Source of the DNA: Chitinophagaceae bacterium
GTDB lineage: Bacteria; Bacteroidota; Bacteroidia; Chitinophagales; Chitinophagaceae
Assembly: GCA_037045195.1 (NCBI GenBank)
Contig: JBAOIB010000002.1
Location: forward strand, 232,023-296,022
Direction of reading: 5' to 3'
DNA length: 64,000 nucleotides
This document shows, one piece after another, positions 1-12,032 of this stretch. A program made the translations under genes and the position numbers. The notes under the pieces were generated by a model. It made no database searches. It was given only the letters and a program-made list of their open reading frames with translations, and was not told the origin of the DNA. Position 1 is the stretch's first letter; each line of letters begins with the position of its first letter.

Positions 1-3000
1 CTATTGGCAATAACCTTAATGTACCGGATGGAGAAACTGTATATGATACCATTTATGTATGCGCCAAAGCATCAGATAATTATTATCTCAGTTTCACTAC
101 CAATGAAAGTTTTGATTATATATTAAAATGGTATGCTGTTTCAAATTACGCATCCGATGAGCCGAATAATACCAGCGGTAATGCGATTCCTTTTAGTATG
201 CATTCCGATAAGTTAGCTTCTATCAGATATGAGTTTAGAGGAGGTATAAATGATGCTGAAGACTGGTTTCAATCCTTGCCCTTTCCTGCAGGAGATTATA
301 GTAATATGAAGTTGACTATACAGGCCACACATGCTAAATGCAGCGGAAGTCCGGCCAATATTAATTATATGGTTTTCAAATATCCCGATTTAGCTACCCC
401 AATTGCGCAAGGCTTTGTAGGTAATCAACCCAATGTGCCACCCAATTATGTAATAAATTCGGAGATTCCTTTAAACAGTTTTGTTGAAGGAGATCAATTC
501 TATATTCGACTTACTTCCACAGGCCCATTTGGATATACATTAAGATACTCTGATATGGGACCTTTTTACGACCCGGAGGATAACTGCTGTACCTGGAATG
601 CTGTTGAATTAAATGCTGACTCTGCTGTGAATGGAAATATTGGTGAATATGATTTTGTTAATGAGGAGTATATTGACGAATTTGACACCTATCGATTTAT
701 ATTGCCACATGCTGGTACAGTTAAATTATTTACTTATGGCCAAATAGCCAGTTATGGCAGCTATGATGATGCCGAAATAAAATTTGATATACTGGATAAA
801 TACGGAAACGATTTACAAACATATAATACGCTGGTTGATTTTCCGGGCTATTCCGGGTTCGGGATGCAAAAATTTGATACACTGAAGTTCAGAGCATTTG
901 AAGCAGATACATTTTATTTAAGACTATATAGTTATGACAATACGGAAACTTATCCAACCATAAATTACAATTTCCGCTATCAGTTAATGGATAGTACGGG
1001 GTCTGATGTGGAACCCAATAATGATACTGCTTCTGCAATTTTAATGACACAGGGGCAGGTAATGAAGGGGCATGTTAATTTCAAAAGAATAGAAGGAGAA
1101 GAAGATGGAGTCGATTTTTATAAAGCAATGTTACCACAAGAAGGAAAAGTAAGAGTATTTATTAAAGCAAAATACAGAGGCGATTATAGTGCAGGAGATT
1201 TCATAAATGGGCATCCTGACTCTACGGGTAATAGCCCTAATATTTATGGTTATGAGGCCTTACGCATTAGCTATTATAACGGCAATGTCAGCCAATATGT
1301 TCCGCCATTGGATTTTATTGGTTTCCCGCCAGATACGTTATTTATTGATACAGTAAATCTTTGTCCAACAGGAGCTGGTATGGCTTATTTTGAAATCAGC
1401 TCTGCTTATCCTTATGAATATGAATTTTCTTATGAGCTATATGATACCATTTCATGGGTAAAAGACCTGGAGCCTAACAATTATTTTAATGAAGCTATTC
1501 GCATCAACCCCGGCGAAATAAAAACCGGGCGAGTACGATATTATGAAGACAGGTACCAGGTTGGACTTAATACATACAATGATGTTAATGATTATTACAA
1601 AGCAATGCTTCCTCAGAACGGTAAACTAAAAATATTTGTAGAAGCCACCAATGCTACATGTGAAATAGCTAATAGTTTACAGTTTTACGCATATAAAACG
1701 GATGTAGGCCCTGATTTTTTGAATAGAAAAATTGGAGGGCAGAATACAGTACCACCCGGTGTTACGGTCTATGACACCATTATTCCATGTTTTATTACAG
1801 ATGATTCGCTTTATTTTGTTTTTAATTCTACATCAAGCCCTATCCGTTATAAATTCAGATATGAGCTGGAGGTTGTTGATACTACAGATATTGAGCCCAA
1901 TAACAGCTTTGCGCAGTCAACAAGAATTGGAAGTGGCCAAAACCGCACCCAGTTTTTAGGATTAAAGTATAGTGGTCAGGCAGATGTAGATGATTATTTT
2001 AAAATGGTAGTACCTGGGCCAGATACGCTTCGACTGCATTGGCGGGCTACCAATATCAGTTGTGATAATGGCCGCATGTTCATGATAGTTGGGTATAATA
2101 AAAATCTTAATCAGATTTTCTATAAAGGATATATATCAAGCGGATGGGGTACAGTAGATGCCGGAGAAACAGTAGCTGATAGCTTGAAGGTGTTTATTGC
2201 AGCTATGGATACTGTTTATATCCGATTTAGTGGAGATGGTATTTTTAATTATGATTTTCAAACCGATCGTATTAAGCCTTCAAACTGGTTTAATATTAGT
2301 GGTGACACTACAACTTGCGAAGGCTCTATACAAACCTATAGTGTTTCCAACATTGTTGACAGTAGTATAAGTTTTCATTGGAGTCTGCCATTGGGTGGAG
2401 GCAATATAAGTTTTGTGGATAGTGTGGCTACTGTAGAATGGACACAAAATGGAAACAGAAGTGTACAACTTTATGTTTCAAATGCCGTTGGGTCTTCAAT
2501 CCCCAGATCTTTAAATATAATTGTAAATGGCGAGTTGCCAACACAATCGCCTGTAGCTTATAATTTCGCAAGAACCCTTAGTACCAATTCCTTGCCACCG
2601 GGTGCGCATTGCCAATGGTATAAAAATGATACACTGATAACGGGAGCTATTGATTCAATTTATTATGCTGCTGATGCAGGTAGTTTTACCGTTAAGTTTG
2701 TAAACGACTGTGGCTCCGGCCCGGCATCCAATGCAATTGTTTTTCCAAATCCGGCTCTTTCACAAACCATAACCTTCCCACATACTGATACGATTACCAT
2801 GTCGTCAACAGCAAGAGTGAAATTGCTGGCTACTGCCAGCTCAGGCTTGCCGGTTCAATATCAAAAGATAAGTGGCCCCGGTAATATTATCAACGATTCG
2901 TTATTTGTTACAGGGGCTGGTACTATCATCATTAAGGCCAGTCAGGCCGGTGATGATGTATATAGCGCAGCTGCAACAGTTAATGACACCATTATTGTTA

Positions 3001-6000
3001 AAAAAGGAAATCAGTTCATTACATTTGATTCATTGCCCAATCGGTTATTTGGTGATCCTGATTTTATTTTACCAGGAACTACTTCATCGGGTCTGAGTAT
3101 AACTTATACTATTATTAGTGGTGCTCAGGCAGCAAAGGTAAACTACTTAAGTGGTGGGGTTTCCGAAATAATAATCAAAGGAGTAGGAACTGTTACAGTA
3201 AGAGCATCACAAAATGGTAATGCAAACTATAATGCAGCTACTCCGGTTGAAAGAACTTTCTGTATTGGCATCAGAAGCCTCAGTGCAATAACGGGAGATG
3301 CCAATCCCTGTCTGGCTACATATCAATACCGTACACAAAAAGTGCCCGGTGCTAACTATGAGTGGACACTAAGCGGTGGCGGAATTTTAACTACCCACAA
3401 TGACACTGCCTGGGTACAATGGCAAACACCGGGCAGTCATTTTCTTACTGTAAAAGCAAATAGCCCTTGCGATATTGTATATACCAATACGCAAACATTT
3501 AATATTACAAATTCCAATAATCAGCCGGGAGTAGTCTCAGGTATGTTACCAGCCGACCATGCCATAGATCAACAACTGCCTTTATTATTATCATGGACAC
3601 CGGGTGCTAATACCATATCTTATGATTTATTTGTTTGGGATTCTGCAGCACCCGAGCCTGCATTACCATTTGTTTCAAACATTACAGCCTTTAGTTATAG
3701 TTTACCATTAAACGCTCCTTTACCATATAACACTACTTACAAATGGAGAGTAGTTTCAAAAAATCCCTGTTCGCAAACAGTGGGGCCGGTACAGCATTTC
3801 AGATTAATTCCATTGCCTGATTTAATGGTGAGTGATGTTACAGCACCTGCTTCAGTTGTGTCAGGCCAAACTGTAACCATTAGTTGGAAAATATTGAATG
3901 TAGGCCCAGGCAGCACCTTGCCCGGTGCTACCTGGTATGATGGGGTTTATTTTGCATTGGATACAGTTCCTTTTGTAAGTTTTCGTGGATCACCAAATTG
4001 GGATCCTAATTCTTGGAGTTCTTTGACTGCTAACGGCAGGCCCTTATTGCTTGGCAAAAAAATCAGGCCTTCGTCACTTTCGCCAGGTCAGTTTTATACC
4101 AATTCAATTGATTTTACATTACCACAAGCTTATAATTTCCCGGTTTATATATATGTGATTACTGACAATGAGCATCCAAACTGGAAAATACTTCAGGTGT
4201 CTGTTGCCAATGATACGGCTCGCAAAGCAACACCCATGAATATTACCATGGCACCGGTGCCAGATTTGAGAGTAGATTCAGTATTTACAGCCGGCAGCAC
4301 TTTCTCGGGCAATACGGTGAATGTAACCTACAAAGTGAAAAATTATGGAGTACAAACACCACCGGGCGGCATATGGATGGACTCATTCTTTATTTCTCAA
4401 AATCCATTGTTCAACAGAAATGAAGCTATAGCACTGAATTATCCAAAGTTTAATGATTCGTATTATCCAAATGCATATCCTGTAACAGCTATACATACCA
4501 ATCAGCTATTACAAGATTCAACAGTAATAAAATCAGCACAAGTGGTTATCCCCAATGAAATATTTGGAACCTGGTTTATTTATGTAAAAACAAACGCAGT
4601 AACAACTGCTCCCAAAATTTATGAAGGCTCATTTGGTGATAACAATCTCAATAAAGCTCAGTTAGAAGTATATCTGACGGCTACACCAAAGCTAACCATA
4701 AGCAGCTTAACGGTGCCGGTAACCTCAGCCAGTACTACACAGCAAATAGGTACTAGTTGGAATATTAAAAATGAAGGCTTCCGTGATAATATAGAGAGGA
4801 ATAGAGGGCACTTTATTACTATGTCAACTTGCACTGTTCCTTGCCCCCCTGGCACTCCTCCTCTAACTATTTGTACATCGCCATCAGTTATTAAAGACAG
4901 TATTGCTTTTGGTAGCAGCTATTGGGTAGATAGAGTTTACCTTAGTAAAGACTCCGGCGGTTTAAATATAAATAATGCTTATCTGGTTAATGAAACAAAA
5001 CATGGTGTGGAACATTCCGGTCTTTATGCCGATCCAGACCCGAGCTATGTAAGTTGTCCAGCTTTAGTCAGTCGAAATGTAAATGTGTCCAATGTTATTC
5101 ATTCGGGAGCGAATTATCCAATATCAGCCGGATTTAATATTCCAGATACATTACAACCCGGCAATTATTATGTATATGTTTATACCAATCCTACAAAATC
5201 GGTATTTGAATACCCGGGTACGCCGCAAATCAAAAGAAGTAATTTGGCCATTGACATTCAAAGACCAGATGTAGTCGTTTCATCAATAAATACACCTGCT
5301 ACTGCTTTTGGAGCACAGACTATTAATATAAATTATAGTGTGTTGAACAATGGCCCGGGTGCTGTATTCAATCATCTTAGAAATGATAGAATTTATATCA
5401 GCAATTTCTCCAACTTTGATGGCAGTGCGCAACTGATAGGCACTCGCACAGTAACAGAGGATTTGCCTGTAGGAACACCAGTGCCACAGAGTTTCAGCTA
5501 TTATATTCCTCCGGCCTACTCAGGAAATAAATTCTTCTATGTAGTTACCAACTTCGACAGCAGCTTTAGAGAAACGAATAGCACCAATAACCTGAGCGCA
5601 TCAGCAGCTACGAGTATAACCGCAGCTACTACCGCCGATCTTGTTGTTTCAAATGTAAATCCGGGTGACACAATCTTCACTAAGTTTACCAGTAAGGTTG
5701 CCTATACCGTTGTAAACAATGGAGCAGGTACTACACAAGGAAGTTGGATAGACAGTGTCTATATCAGCTGTAGCCCCACTTTTTCATTGGCAAACAGTTA
5801 TTACATTGGCAGACGTACACAAACAAGAACGTTAGCTAATTCGACAAGCTATACAGATACACTTACAGTGAATATGAATTATAGCTACAAAATTAATTCC
5901 TGCTTTCCTGAGCAAATGTATGCACCTGCTTACTTCTATGTAGTAACCAATGCAAATAATGGTACTTATGAGGGAACCTTTACCAATAACAATGTAGGGG

Positions 6001-8192
6001 GTAGTGGCAGCAAAGTATTAGTGAATCCTTTGGTAGATCATATTGTGCCATTTGTAACCGCAGCAGATACTACAACTGTAGGGCAGGCTTATACGCTCAA
6101 TTGGTCTGTGAAGAATATAGGATACAATCCCAATAACAATGATTATTATGGTTGGTATGATGGTATTTTCTTTTCATCAGATTCCGTAGCCAGTGTAAAT
6201 GATTTAAAAGCGGCATCTCAATTGAAATGGCGTAAAATAAACAGAAATGAGGAGGTGAATTTTTCGCTTTCTCCATATACACCGAATATGGTTACCGGAG
6301 ATTATTATGTATATGTACATAATAACTATAATAATGGTATTGAAGTTGAGAAGGTATTGAATAACAATGTGAATTTTGTGAGAGATGGCGTAGGTGCTGC
6401 CAAAAAAATTCATGTAATTCAACCGGCATTGCCCGATTTAGTGGATTCAATTCTTTCGGCACCTACCATTGTTGCCCAAGGTCAGCCTATTACAGTTATT
6501 TATAGGATTAAAAATCAAGGCAACTTTACAACCTTCCCTGGCAATAGTTTCAGTAATGAACTTCGATTGGATAATGATTATGTATATGCTCCAAATGACG
6601 GAGCACGTTTACTGGCTACAAACTACAGGCAAACACCACTTCCTCCAGGCCAGTATTATGATGATACTGTTACTGTAACCATCCCTTCATGGATGGCAGT
6701 AGGCAATTATGTATTAATGGGCAGAACCAATGCAAGCAATAATATTATTGAATCAAACAATACAAATAATCTTGGTTTCTGGCCTCTGGAAGTGTATGAA
6801 CCTCCTGTTACCGATTTGATAGTAAGCAGTGTAACGAAGCCGGATACAGTAATGTTGGGTTATACTATGGATACTGCCAGATGGGTAGTTGTAAACAATT
6901 CAGGTGAACAGGCAAGAGGTTCAACTAAAGATGGAATTTATTTATCTAATGCTGGAATATTTGACTCTTCCGCTGTGTTGCTAGGACTCAGGTATAAAAA
7001 TATTACGATGAATCCATTGGCAACCGATTCTTTGAAAATGGCTCCATTGGTTACAGGAGTAGTAGAAGGTAATTACAATGTATTGGTAAAAACAGATATA
7101 CAGAATAATATCATAGAATCGGATGAAGAAAATAATATTGGAATGTCGCTTACTCCAATATATGTGAAGGTGAAAGAATTGCCTTTAAATGTGGATGAGC
7201 CTAATACATTACAAAATGTAAATCGCTATTACAAACTAAGAATTCCTGATTCTTTGTATAATGCAACCATTCTTGTTACTTTAAAAACTAATGACTCTTC
7301 ATCGGTTTATAACGAGATGTACATAGCCGGCAACCGTATTCCTACTGCTGCCGATCATGATTATATGTTTGAAATTCCAAACTACGGTAATCAGCAGATT
7401 GTGATGACGGATGTTACAGATTCGGTGTATTATATCATGTATCGATGTGTAACGCCTAATCCTCCGCTACAAACTAATATGAAACTCAAAGCGGTGAAAC
7501 TACCCTTTGCCATTCTTAATGTGCATACCAATAGTGGCGGCAATATTGGCAATGTTACCATACGTATCAGAGGTTCATTGTTTAGAGACAGTATGGTTGC
7601 TAAACTGAGTAATGGCACTACTACCATTTATTCATCAGCAGTTTACTATACCAATAGTACACAGGTATTTGCCACCTTCCCGCTTCAAGGCCGGCCAATA
7701 GGTATCTATAATGTTACACTTATAAAACCCGATATGAGCGAAGCAGTATTGTACAATGGATTTTCAATAGTACCTGCCAATAATGGGGGATTAATTACTG
7801 GCGGCGGACCCAATACCGGAGCCGGAAATGGCAATGCACCCGGTTGTGATCCCGGAGCTGCTAGCGGTTGGAACTCACAGTTATCTGTTGAATTTTTGGT
7901 TCCCGACAGAGTATTAATAAAAAGACCAATTGTAATGCAGCTTAATTTTTCAAACCCTACCAATTTTGATATACCAACGCAAACCAGAATTTTATACGCC
8001 GAGTATGACGTCAAAATGGCTCTTACCAAAGCAGGTGTACCTACAGGCACTACTGTTTTATACCTGGAGCTGGTAGAAGAAGGTGGCCCGCCGGGTATTA
8101 TCAGAGCAGGTGGTAGTGGTTCTATTCTTATATACTCAAATGCCCCTCATCATGTGCCGCCACCGGGCTTTGTATTATTTAAATTGAAATAA
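1..8192 (+). CDS. Giant cell-surface repeat protein whose 5' end lies outside the window. It contains PPC-like EPNN modules, PKD/Ig-like modules, a run of CARDB-like repeats and an IPT-like domain. No T9SS sorting domain is recognisable at its C terminus.
   Basis: Frame 3 is open from nt 3 (IGNNLNVPDGETVYDTIYVCAKASDNYYLSFTTNESFDYILKWYAVSNYASDEPNNTSGNAIPFS) straight into the listed 198..8192 ORF, so the true start is upstream. 'EPNN...A..I......G......D.DDYYK..LP..G' modules recur near nt 159, 1012, 1472 and 1894, with a degenerate copy near 7198. PKD-like blocks are present (CEGSIQTYSVSN..., CLATYQYRTQKVPGANYEWTL...). CARDB-type repeats '(L/V)PDL.V..V..P......G..V.V.Y.V.N.G' start near nt 3814, 4258, 4683, 5262, 5631, 6429 and 6808. 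Confidence 0.85.
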   Translation, partial: IGNNLNVPDGETVYDTIYVCAKASDNYYLSFTTNESFDYILKWYAVSNYASDEPNNTSGNAIPFSMHSDKLASIRYEFRGGINDAEDWFQSLPFPAGDYSNMKLTIQATHAKCSGSPANINYMVFKYPDLATPIAQGFVGNQPNVPPNYVINSEIPLNSFVEGDQFYIRLTSTGPFGYTLRYSDMGPFYDPEDNCCTWNAVELNADSAVNGNIGEYDFVNEEYIDEFDTYRFILPHAGTVKLFTYGQIASYGSYDDAEIKFDILDKYGNDLQTYNTLVDFPGYSGFGMQKFDTLKFRAFEADTFYLRLYSYDNTETYPTINYNFRYQLMDSTGSDVEPNNDTASAILMTQGQVMKGHVNFKRIEGEEDGVDFYKAMLPQEGKVRVFIKAKYRGDYSAGDFINGHPDSTGNSPNIYGYEALRISYYNGNVSQYVPPLDFIGFPPDTLFIDTVNLCPTGAGMAYFEISSAYPYEYEFSYELYDTISWVKDLEPNNYFNEAIRINPGEIKTGRVRYYEDRYQVGLNTYNDVNDYYKAMLPQNGKLKIFVEATNATCEIANSLQFYAYKTDVGPDFLNRKIGGQNTVPPGVTVYDTIIPCFITDDSLYFVFNSTSSPIRYKFRYELEVVDTTDIEPNNSFAQSTRIGSGQNRTQFLGLKYSGQADVDDYFKMVVPGPDTLRLHWRATNISCDNGRMFMIVGYNKNLNQIFYKGYISSGWGTVDAGETVADSLKVFIAAMDTVYIRFSGDGIFNYDFQTDRIKPSNWFNISGDTTTCEGSIQTYSVSNIVDSSISFHWSLPLGGGNISFVDSVATVEWTQNGNRSVQLYVSNAVGSSIPRSLNIIVNGELPTQSPVAYNFARTLSTNSLPPGAHCQWYKNDTLITGAIDSIYYAADAGSFTVKFVNDCGSGPASNAIVFPNPALSQTITFPHTDTITMSSTARVKLLATASSGLPVQYQKISGPGNIINDSLFVTGAGTIIIKASQAGDDVYSAAATVNDTIIVKKGNQFITFDSLPNRLFGDPDFILPGTTSSGLSITYTIISGAQAAKVNYLSGGVSEIIIKGVGTVTVRASQNGNANYNAATPVERTFCIGIRSLSAITGDANPCLATYQYRTQKVPGANYEWTLSGGGILTTHNDTAWVQWQTPGSHFLTVKANSPCDIVYTNTQTFNITNSNNQPGVVSGMLPADHAIDQQLPLLLSWTPGANTISYDLFVWDSAAPEPALPFVSNITAFSYSLPLNAPLPYNTTYKWRVVSKNPCSQTVGPVQHFRLIPLPDLMVSDVTAPASVVSGQTVTISWKILNVGPGSTLPGATWYDGVYFALDTVPFVSFRGSPNWDPNSWSSLTANGRPLLLGKKIRPSSLSPGQFYTNSIDFTLPQAYNFPVYIYVITDNEHPNWKILQVSVANDTARKATPMNITMAPVPDLRVDSVFTAGSTFSGNTVNVTYKVKNYGVQTPPGGIWMDSFFISQNPLFNRNEAIALNYPKFNDSYYPNAYPVTAIHTNQLLQDSTVIKSAQVVIPNEIFGTWFIYVKTNAVTTAPKIYEGSFGDNNLNKAQLEVYLTATPKLTISSLTVPVTSASTTQQIGTSWNIKNEGFRDNIERNRGHFITMSTCTVPCPPGTPPLTICTSPSVIKDSIAFGSSYWVDRVYLSKDSGGLNINNAYLVNETKHGVEHSGLYADPDPSYVSCPALVSRNVNVSNVIHSGANYPISAGFNIPDTLQPGNYYVYVYTNPTKSVFEYPGTPQIKRSNLAIDIQRPDVVVSSINTPATAFGAQTININYSVLNNGPGAVFNHLRNDRIYISNFSNFDGSAQLIGTRTVTEDLPVGTPVPQSFSYYIPPAYSGNKFFYVVTNFDSSFRETNSTNNLSASAATSITAATTADLVVSNVNPGDTIFTKFTSKVAYTVVNNGAGTTQGSWIDSVYISCSPTFSLANSYYIGRRTQTRTLANSTSYTDTLTVNMNYSYKINSCFPEQMYAPAYFYVVTNANNGTYEGTFTNNNVGGSGSKVLVNPLVDHIVPFVTAADTTTVGQAYTLNWSVKNIGYNPNNNDYYGWYDGIFFSSDSVASVNDLKAASQLKWRKINRNEEVNFSLSPYTPNMVTGDYYVYVHNNYNNGIEVEKVLNNNVNFVRDGVGAAKKIHVIQPALPDLVDSILSAPTIVAQGQPITVIYRIKNQGNFTTFPGNSFSNELRLDNDYVYAPNDGARLLATNYRQTPLPPGQYYDDTVTVTIPSWMAVGNYVLMGRTNASNNIIESNNTNNLGFWPLEVYEPPVTDLIVSSVTKPDTVMLGYTMDTARWVVVNNSGEQARGSTKDGIYLSNAGIFDSSAVLLGLRYKNITMNPLATDSLKMAPLVTGVVEGNYNVLVKTDIQNNIIESDEENNIGMSLTPIYVKVKELPLNVDEPNTLQNVNRYYKLRIPDSLYNATILVTLKTNDSSSVYNEMYIAGNRIPTAADHDYMFEIPNYGNQQIVMTDVTDSVYYIMYRCVTPNPPLQTNMKLKAVKLPFAILNVHTNSGGNIGNVTIRIRGSLFRDSMVAKLSNGTTTIYSSAVYYTNSTQVFATFPLQGRPIGIYNVTLIKPDMSEAVLYNGFSIVPANNGGLITGGGPNTGAGNGNAPGCDPGAASGWNSQLSVEFLVPDRVLIKRPIVMQLNFSNPTNFDIPTQTRILYAEYDVKMALTKAGVPTGTTVLYLELVEEGGPPGIIRAGGSGSILIYSNAPHHVPPPGFVLFKLK

Positions 8193-8215
8193 TTGGTTGT
8201 TATAAATTATTAGTT

Positions 8216-11200
8216 ATGTTAAGAATGAATAAGAAATATAATAAAGCATTTACTTTCAGGAATGCTATTATACAAGGATTAATGCTGCTTCTATTGTGCG
8301 TAGCTTTTGATGTTCAATCGCAAAACCTGAACAATCCAAATAAAGTAGGCCCTATGGGTATTCAGGTAAATACCATGAGTGGCAATGTATTTATCCCACG
8401 CACCGATTTATTGATTGCAGCACGAAAGTTGGAATTGAATATTTCTTTCTATTACAATAGTTTTTTCTTTAATGAAGAATTTGGTTTTGGTAAAGGATGG
8501 ACTTTTGAATATAATATAAAATATAGTAGTGATACGATGGGTATCAGGCGTATTATGTGGGGTGATGGCCGCGAAGATCAATACGATTCTATACCCGGGG
8601 GCGGATATAAATCGCCTCGTGGATTTTTTAATTCGTTGGCACAATATCAACCTGGAAAATATGTACTTACTGAGACGGGTGGTGATAAATACTTTTTTGA
8701 TAATGAACAACATAAACATATCACAAAAATTGAAGAGCCCAATGGCAACTATCTTCTGTTTGGATATTCTGATAGCTTGCTTACATCCATTACCAATGCC
8801 GCAGGACAAACCATCACCTTTACTTATAATTCGCAAGGGCGCATAGCATCTTTAATAGATGCTATGGCCAGCCCCACCCGCACATTTACTTATTCATACT
8901 CAACGGGTGGTCAACTGCTTCAGGTTACTGACCCGTTGAACGGAAAAATGAAATACACTTATCTGGTAAACGGACCTATGAAGTCAATGGAGGATAAAAA
9001 TCAGAATAAGGTGGATCTTATTTATTTTAACGATTTTTCGGCAAGGGAATTGGTGGGTTGTAATAAGAGAATAAGTTTTTCTTATGATACTGCAAATCAG
9101 GTAACCAATGTTGTAGATCATCTGCCTGCCGGCAATCAGGTTACTCAATATAAATATAAAACAGTTGATAATCTTTCATGGATTGTTTCCCGCTCAGGTA
9201 ATTGTTGCGGTTATAATGTAAGCTACGAATATGATGAACAGGGCAATGCCATTAAAATGACTGATGCCAATGGACAGGTATTTAATTATACCTATGACTC
9301 AAATGGGAATAGGCTTACGGAAACTGACCCACTCGGCAATATCAACACTTACACCTATACCAGCGATTTTAAAAAAATAAACAGCTATAAGGACCCTAAG
9401 GGCAATCTTTATACATTGAGTTATGACAGCAAGGGTAATTTAACACAGATGGTTGCGCCGGGTAATAATGTTTATACTGCTACATATAACATTCAGGGAG
9501 ATATTGTAAGTAGCTCTGACCCCAAGGGAAATATTTACAATTACAATTATGATGCCTACGGCAATCCCACCACTGTTACCGGTCCCAATGGCTTTCAGGC
9601 TACCATTTCTTTCGACATTAGAGGAAATCTGCTTGCTTATACCGATGCAAGAGGCAATAACACTTTGGCTGAATATGATATTTTGAGCCGGCTTAAAAAA
9701 ATTACAGATCCTTACAATAATAATATACAGCTAAACTATGATGCAAATGGTAATTTGTTGACTATTAAAAATAAAAAAAGTGAAACAACTTCAGTTGGGT
9801 TTGATGCCAGCAATAGAATGGTAAGCTTGACCCGACCCACCGGTAATACCAGCTATTTTTCTTATGATGGGATGGATAACCTGTTAAGTGTAAAAAATCC
9901 TCTTGGCTACGAAACAAAAATGAGCTATGATAAACTAAACAGAATGAACGGGGCAAAAGACGCTGACGATAACAACACAACTTATAGCTACGATGGCAAT
10001 GGTAATATTATCAGTGCTGTACTTGCCAATGGCAATGTGATAAGCTATACTTATGATGCTTTGAACAGACTAATATCAAAAAGCGATGCATCAGGCAATA
10101 TTGCAAGTTTTGAGTACGATAAAAATGGTAATATTACCCGATATACCAATGGTACCGGTGCAGTTACCACTTATGCCTACGATCAGCTGAACAGACTGAT
10201 TGCAGTAACCGACCCACTGGGCAATAGCAGCCATTTTGCTTATGATAAAAATAATAACTTAACATCTTTTATTGACCGCGAAGGACATTCACAAACATAT
10301 ACTTATGATGATAGGAATCTTGTTATAACGCATACCGATAACAATGGCCATGTTATTACCATCGGTTATGATGCAATAGGCAATATAACTTCACTAACCG
10401 ATCAAAATGGAAATGTAACAACCTATACATATGATAATCTAAACAGACGCCAGCGCATGACTTTTCCGAATGCAAGCTATAAGGAATTTGCTTATGACGC
10501 AAATAACAATGTAATTAGCATACGACAAACGGATGGTTCTGTCACTTCTTACAACTACGATTCATTAAGCAGAATAATCAGCCGTACTCTGCCTGGCGGT
10601 GAAGTGTATAGTTTTACCTACGACAAATTAAACCGCGTACTTTCTGCTACCAATAGCATAGGATCTGTTTCGTTTACTTATGATAAACTGAACCGCATTA
10701 CATCAGAAACTTTTGATGGACGTACCACTTCTTACCAATACAATGTAGCCGGCCGTAAGCAGACAACCATTTATCCGGATAGTACTGTTGTGGTGAAAGA
10801 GTACGACAGCCGAAACAGGCTGCTAAAAATTTTAAAGGATAGCGTACTTGTTGTAGAATATGATTACAATAATGCCAATCAACTGACACAGAAAGCATTT
10901 TGCAAATAACATAAATAGTACGCTGCAATACGATTTTGCCAACCGTCTTAGCAGTATCAATACGGCTAATGGCTCGGTACAGAACTCTCAGTTCTTTTAT
11001 AATAAAGACTATCAGAAAACTGCCATCAGCAGGTTGAACAATCTTTCGCTATCCGAACAATTTACTTACGATAATAATTACCGGCTTACTAATTATAAAC
11101 GTGGACCTTCGGGCAGCCCCGTTATTGAAAACAGCTATACCTACGATGCGGTGGGCAACCGCACGGCAGCCAACCTCAATGGAAGTGCAAAGACCTATAC

Positions 11201-12032
11201 GGTCAATAATTTGAATCAACTGACAGGTGTAAACAGCAGCAGCTTTACATTTGACAGCCGTGGTAATATAACTTATGACGGTAATTTTTATAAAACCTAT
11301 GATATAGAGAACAGGCTGGTAAAAGACTCTGCATCACCAGCATCTGTTATTACTTATGGATACGATGCGTTGGGCCGCCGGGTTACTAAAACTGTCAATG
11401 GCGTTTTATATAAATACACATACAGTGGCGCAGCATCTATTGAAGAGCGTGATGCTGCCAATACTTTGCTGAACAGAACTGTGTTTAGAAATTTTTTGTC
11501 TCCGGTGATGAATGAAAATAATGGCAACAAGTTTTATTATCATGCCAATGAAATGAACTCGGTAGAAGCCGTCACCAATGAAGTGGGCAGGGTAGTAGAA
11601 AATTACAGATATGATGTGTACGGGCAGTTGTCAAGATTTGACAGTCTGAACAATCCGCTATCGGCTACCATAACAGGCAATCGTTTCGGATATACCGGTC
11701 AGGAATATGACAGCATCTCCGGTAGTTATCGTTTTTTCTTTAGAAATTATAACCCCGAAACCGGTGTGTTTAATCAAAGAGATTTGATAGAATACCGGGA
11801 TGGAATGGGGATGTACCAGTATGTGGGCAATAACCCTGCGAATGGGGTGGATGTATGGGGGTTGGAATGCCCACCTGAATATTGGAGGGAAGATATTGCT
11901 TACAAAACTTCTTTTATTAATGAAATGCTCTCTGACTCTTGGGAGAAACCTGCAAATATGTGGGAAAATAGCGATCTTAAAGGTCAGGCTGCACATAGTC
12001 GAAAGGGAAGCAGATCATTTATGGGAACGTAG
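8216..12032 (+). pseudogene. RHS/YD-repeat toxin protein with a Sec signal peptide. The reading frame is broken by a 1-nt insertion, so this is either a pseudogene or a homopolymer sequencing error.
   Basis: Signal peptide MLRMNKKYNKAFTFRNAIIQGLMLLLLCVAFDVQSQ. A long series of YD repeats (YEYDEQGNAIKMTD, YTYDSNGNRLTETD, YNYDAYGNPTTVT ...). RHS-associated core: YYHANEMNSVEAVTNEVGRVVENYRYDVYGQ ... GYTGQEYDSISGSYRFFFRNYNPETGVFNQRD ... YQYVGNNPANGVDVWGLE. ORFs 8216..10909 (frame 2) and 11034..12032 (frame 3) are one gene. Frame 3 is already open from 10887 and reads HFANNINSTLQYDFANRLSSINTANGSVQNSQFFYNKDYQKTAISRLNNLSLSEQFTYDNNYRL. Removing one T from the T4 run at 10898-10901 joins ...NQLTQKAF to ANNINSTLQYDF... 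Confidence 0.85.

Noticed and set aside
8408-8836. 142-aa and 105-aa ORFs inside or antisense to the RHS gene, and similar small ORFs within the giant adhesin (e.g. 7706..8050)
   Set aside because: They are embedded in long, motif-supported CDSs and have no independent evidence. They are shadow ORFs.
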